From a candidate division WOR-3 bacterium (GTDB taxonomy: Bacteria > Hydrothermota > UBA3073): 51,508 bases of DNA. The DNA lies in assembly GCA_034722095.1 (NCBI GenBank), contig JAYENM010000169.1, forward strand, positions 1 to 51,508, in the 5' to 3' direction. Shown one piece after another: positions 49,454 through 51,508 of this stretch. Each line of letters starts with the position of its first letter. The first letter of the stretch is position 1. The position numbers and the translations under genes are program-made. The notes below the pieces were generated by a model that was not told the DNA's origin, did not search any database, and saw nothing but the letters and a program-made list of their open reading frames with translations.

Positions 49454-51508
49454 TACTAAAAGTTATAAAAAGGATATTTGTTCTGTTATTGATTACTTTT
49501 ATTGCTCCAACCTTCTTATTTTCAATTCCATATGATCGAGATGCAGTCGCTACTTATGCTGACACTTGGTGGGATGATAGGAATCCTAATTATAATAATT
49601 ATAGTCCTAACGATTGTGCAAATTTTGTATCACAATGTCTTATTGCAGGCAGAGTTAACCTATCTGAGGGTCCTGGAGTTGATGACAAGGGATGCATCCC
49701 CAATTGTGATAACTTAGATTATAACTTATACTGGTACCAGAATGCGGAATGGAACACCATTACTTATCCTTCTACTAATGTTCCCAGCAATCTTACTAAA
49801 GGAGATGTCATTATTTTTGGTGATGTAAGTGGTGACCGGTATAAACACAGTGTTATTGTGGTGGGTGGGACTGGTAGCAATGTTTATTGTGATGCTCATG
49901 ATAATGATAGATGGCACAAATCTATAACGTGGTGGTATGGTGATGGGGAGGATCAATTTGGAAGAGCAAATTTCTATCACATGCCTAATGAACTCGGCAT
50001 TGAGGAGTATTACATTCAGGTCAATTCTCCAAATGGAGGGGAGGTCTGGTATTATGATGAGACACATAATATCACATGGAATACAGGAACTCTTGCGGAG
50101 ACTCCCGCCGATAGTGTTATTATCCACTATTCTACAGATGGAGGTTCTACTTATCCCTACAGGATAGCAAAGGTTGTAAATAGTTCTGGAGATTTTCCAT
50201 GGTATGGAAGTTACTCATGGACTATACCGAGAAACCCATCTACCAGCTGCAAGGTCAGGGTGAGAGGTTACTTCCAATCAGATCCCTATTACCACGGTGA
50301 TGCAAGCGATGATAACTTCACTATAAAAAATCCTTTGTATCTTTCTGGATGGATGGAATGGATAAATCCTCCTAAATCTCCTAAATCAGGAGTTGAGCCA
50401 ATGGATGTCAATCATTATCGTGCCCATCTCTACTGGACTTTTAACGCCTCTTACACTCCCTCCCTTTATGGGCTCTATCGCAAACTTAAATATCCCCTAC
50501 CCGGGGATCCTACCGGCTGGGTGAGAATATACTATGGTAGCAACAAATCTTATGTCGACCCTTACGATTTTCAGCTGGGTAGTGGTGCCTGGTATTATGT
50601 TAGAGCCTACATTACAGGGGTCCCCTATATCCAATCGAATACTATCTACCTTGCTCCTGGTATTCAAACTTCTTCATTTATCTATGTCTGGGATGGAAAG
50701 GAATTTATTGAGGACAGCAATATCCTTGCAGGATCCGGGAATGAAGAAATCGAGGAAGACTGGTGTAAACTGAGGGAAGGGCCTGTTGAAGAGGGCAATA
50801 GATACAGATTGCAGATAAGAGAAGAGGGTAATGAATATTCATTCTTTGATAAGGTGAGGTTTATGGCAATCGACCATCCTGACAGCATTGAGATATTTGT
50901 TACACCAGATGGTGATATTGTCCCTGTTTCTTCTATGATCGCTTCTCAATCGGTTATGGGGGAGAATGAAGTGGATTATACAAGTCATCTTCTTAATAAT
51001 GATAATATTTATGTTGAAGCAAATGAGGTTGATAAGATTACCGGGGTACTTCCTCTTACAGTCTCCTCTGAGGATGAGAGTCTGAGATTTATATTCACTG
51101 ACGGCTCTCGGATACTTGACCATATACGATTTGTAAAGAGAAACAATGCTCCATATCACATAAAACCCTGTCCTCTTGTATCCGCTACCCACTCTGACAT
51201 TGGTTCTGTTAAGCAGAAGCTATTAAACGATGATGAAAACTATGCAGAGCTGCTTCCCGGTGATACGATAACACTTGAGTTTACCGCAGTTGATATAGAA
51301 CCTGAATGGGTGCGGGATTTTGTGTTTGTCTCAAATGGGTACTACATCACAGAAACTGAAGGCGGTGGAGCCCAGACTGGGTATAGCAGTATTCCTTTGG
51401 TTCATTCTCTATCACTATATCCAAATCCAGCAAAGAATGATATGAATATCAGATTTGGTATACCGAGAGAAGAGAAGGTCTCTCTTAAAATTTATGATGT
51501 ATCAGGCA
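49441..51508 (+). CDS. secreted Amidase_5/NlpC-P60-like putative peptidoglycan amidase + Ig-like domain + shared C-terminal module + T9SS sorting domain; 3' end outside the window (not in the ORF track)
   Basis: I hand-translated it and the frame is open from the ATG at 49441 to the last base with no stop. It overlaps the HEAT gene by 13 nt, and AAGGGAG lies upstream. After the signal peptide come YDRDAVATYADTWWDDRNPNYNNYSPNDCANFVSQCLIAG (Cys nucleophile motif), GDVIIFGD, YKHSVIVVG and VYCDAHDNDRWHK. From 50677 it is colinear with 47030-48142 of the C25 gene. It ends in YPNPAKNDMNIRFGIPREEKVSLKIYDVSG. Confidence 0.8.
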   Translation, partial: MQTVILKVIKRIFVLLLITFIAPTFLFSIPYDRDAVATYADTWWDDRNPNYNNYSPNDCANFVSQCLIAGRVNLSEGPGVDDKGCIPNCDNLDYNLYWYQNAEWNTITYPSTNVPSNLTKGDVIIFGDVSGDRYKHSVIVVGGTGSNVYCDAHDNDRWHKSITWWYGDGEDQFGRANFYHMPNELGIEEYYIQVNSPNGGEVWYYDETHNITWNTGTLAETPADSVIIHYSTDGGSTYPYRIAKVVNSSGDFPWYGSYSWTIPRNPSTSCKVRVRGYFQSDPYYHGDASDDNFTIKNPLYLSGWMEWINPPKSPKSGVEPMDVNHYRAHLYWTFNASYTPSLYGLYRKLKYPLPGDPTGWVRIYYGSNKSYVDPYDFQLGSGAWYYVRAYITGVPYIQSNTIYLAPGIQTSSFIYVWDGKEFIEDSNILAGSGNEEIEEDWCKLREGPVEEGNRYRLQIREEGNEYSFFDKVRFMAIDHPDSIEIFVTPDGDIVPVSSMIASQSVMGENEVDYTSHLLNNDNIYVEANEVDKITGVLPLTVSSEDESLRFIFTDGSRILDHIRFVKRNNAPYHIKPCPLVSATHSDIGSVKQKLLNDDENYAELLPGDTITLEFTAVDIEPEWVRDFVFVSNGYYITETEGGGAQTGYSSIPLVHSLSLYPNPAKNDMNIRFGIPREEKVSLKIYDVSG

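Noticed and set aside
49502-51192. Track ORFs 49502-49717, 49726-50127, 49937-50167, 50534-50773, 50682-50888 and 50839-51192.
   Set aside because: All are off-frame or antisense inside the long open frame 49441-51508. That frame has clear amidase and T9SS motifs but was omitted from the track because it has no stop in the window.
35835-51508. Prophage, integrative element or transposon accounting for the accessory region.
   Set aside because: I found no integrase, transposase, recombinase, phage structural gene or tRNA attachment site. Only short repeats and segmental duplications are present.
1-51508. tRNA, rRNA, tmRNA or known riboswitches in the long spacers.
   Set aside because: By eye I found no cloverleaf-compatible sequence (no GTTCRANNC T-loop context) and no recognisable riboswitch core. 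A covariance-model scan (Infernal/tRNAscan-SE) is still advisable.

Overview
The window is a 51,508-nt contig fragment cut inside genes at both ends. It looks like an uncultivated Gram-negative bacterium of the FCB/T9SS-bearing type. That placement is an inference from seven T9SS-type C-terminal sorting domains plus one relic, two PorV/PorQ-like porins and a CarboxypepD_reg TonB receptor. The genetic code is standard and TGA is a real stop. All family names come from motif recognition by eye; no database search was run.

Layout:
(i) 1-8.1 kb holds housekeeping genes (ogg, hppA, prs-rplY-pth, sppA, a ROK kinase). They are separated by unusually long 330-510 nt spacers packed with a mosaic of short hairpin-forming repeats.
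(ii) 8.15-10.6 kb is a DUF3160/T9SS gene disrupted by a frameshift plus an in-frame TGA.
(iii) 10.7-30.0 kb is one co-directional 11-gene minus-strand glycan locus. It runs LacI repressor with two operators, CBM9-like T9SS protein, TonB receptor, 1079-aa Asp-rich surface protein, PorV-like porin, ABC binding protein plus two permeases, GH94 phosphorylase, GH144-like T9SS glucanase, DUF3131-like protein.
(iv) 30.3-35.9 kb is the most interesting part. A 1692-aa Ser/Thr-kinase-STAND-TPR-GAF-sigma54-activator fusion is followed by three TGTAAC-N5-GTTACA palindromes, a sigma54-type promoter and a 49-codon secreted-peptide gene that is absent from the ORF track. This is a receptor-plus-propeptide layout.
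(v) 36-51.5 kb is an accessory region:
- a GxxExxY cassette between direct repeats;
- a GAF-PAS sensor;
- a colinear second copy of the UAS/sigma54 module with a symmetric half-site switch (TGTAAA-N5-TTTACA) driving a BNR-propeller plus C25 (gingipain-like) T9SS operon;
- a conserved 5' leader with a possible micro-ORF in front of three secreted-protein operons;
- a duplicated gene-tail/promoter cassette;
- a HEAT-repeat/amidase pair.

The last gene (49441 to the window end) is also missing from the ORF track. It shares a C-terminal module with the C25 gene, and the final 127 nt are identical. No rRNA, tRNA, CRISPR array, transposase or integrase was recognised.
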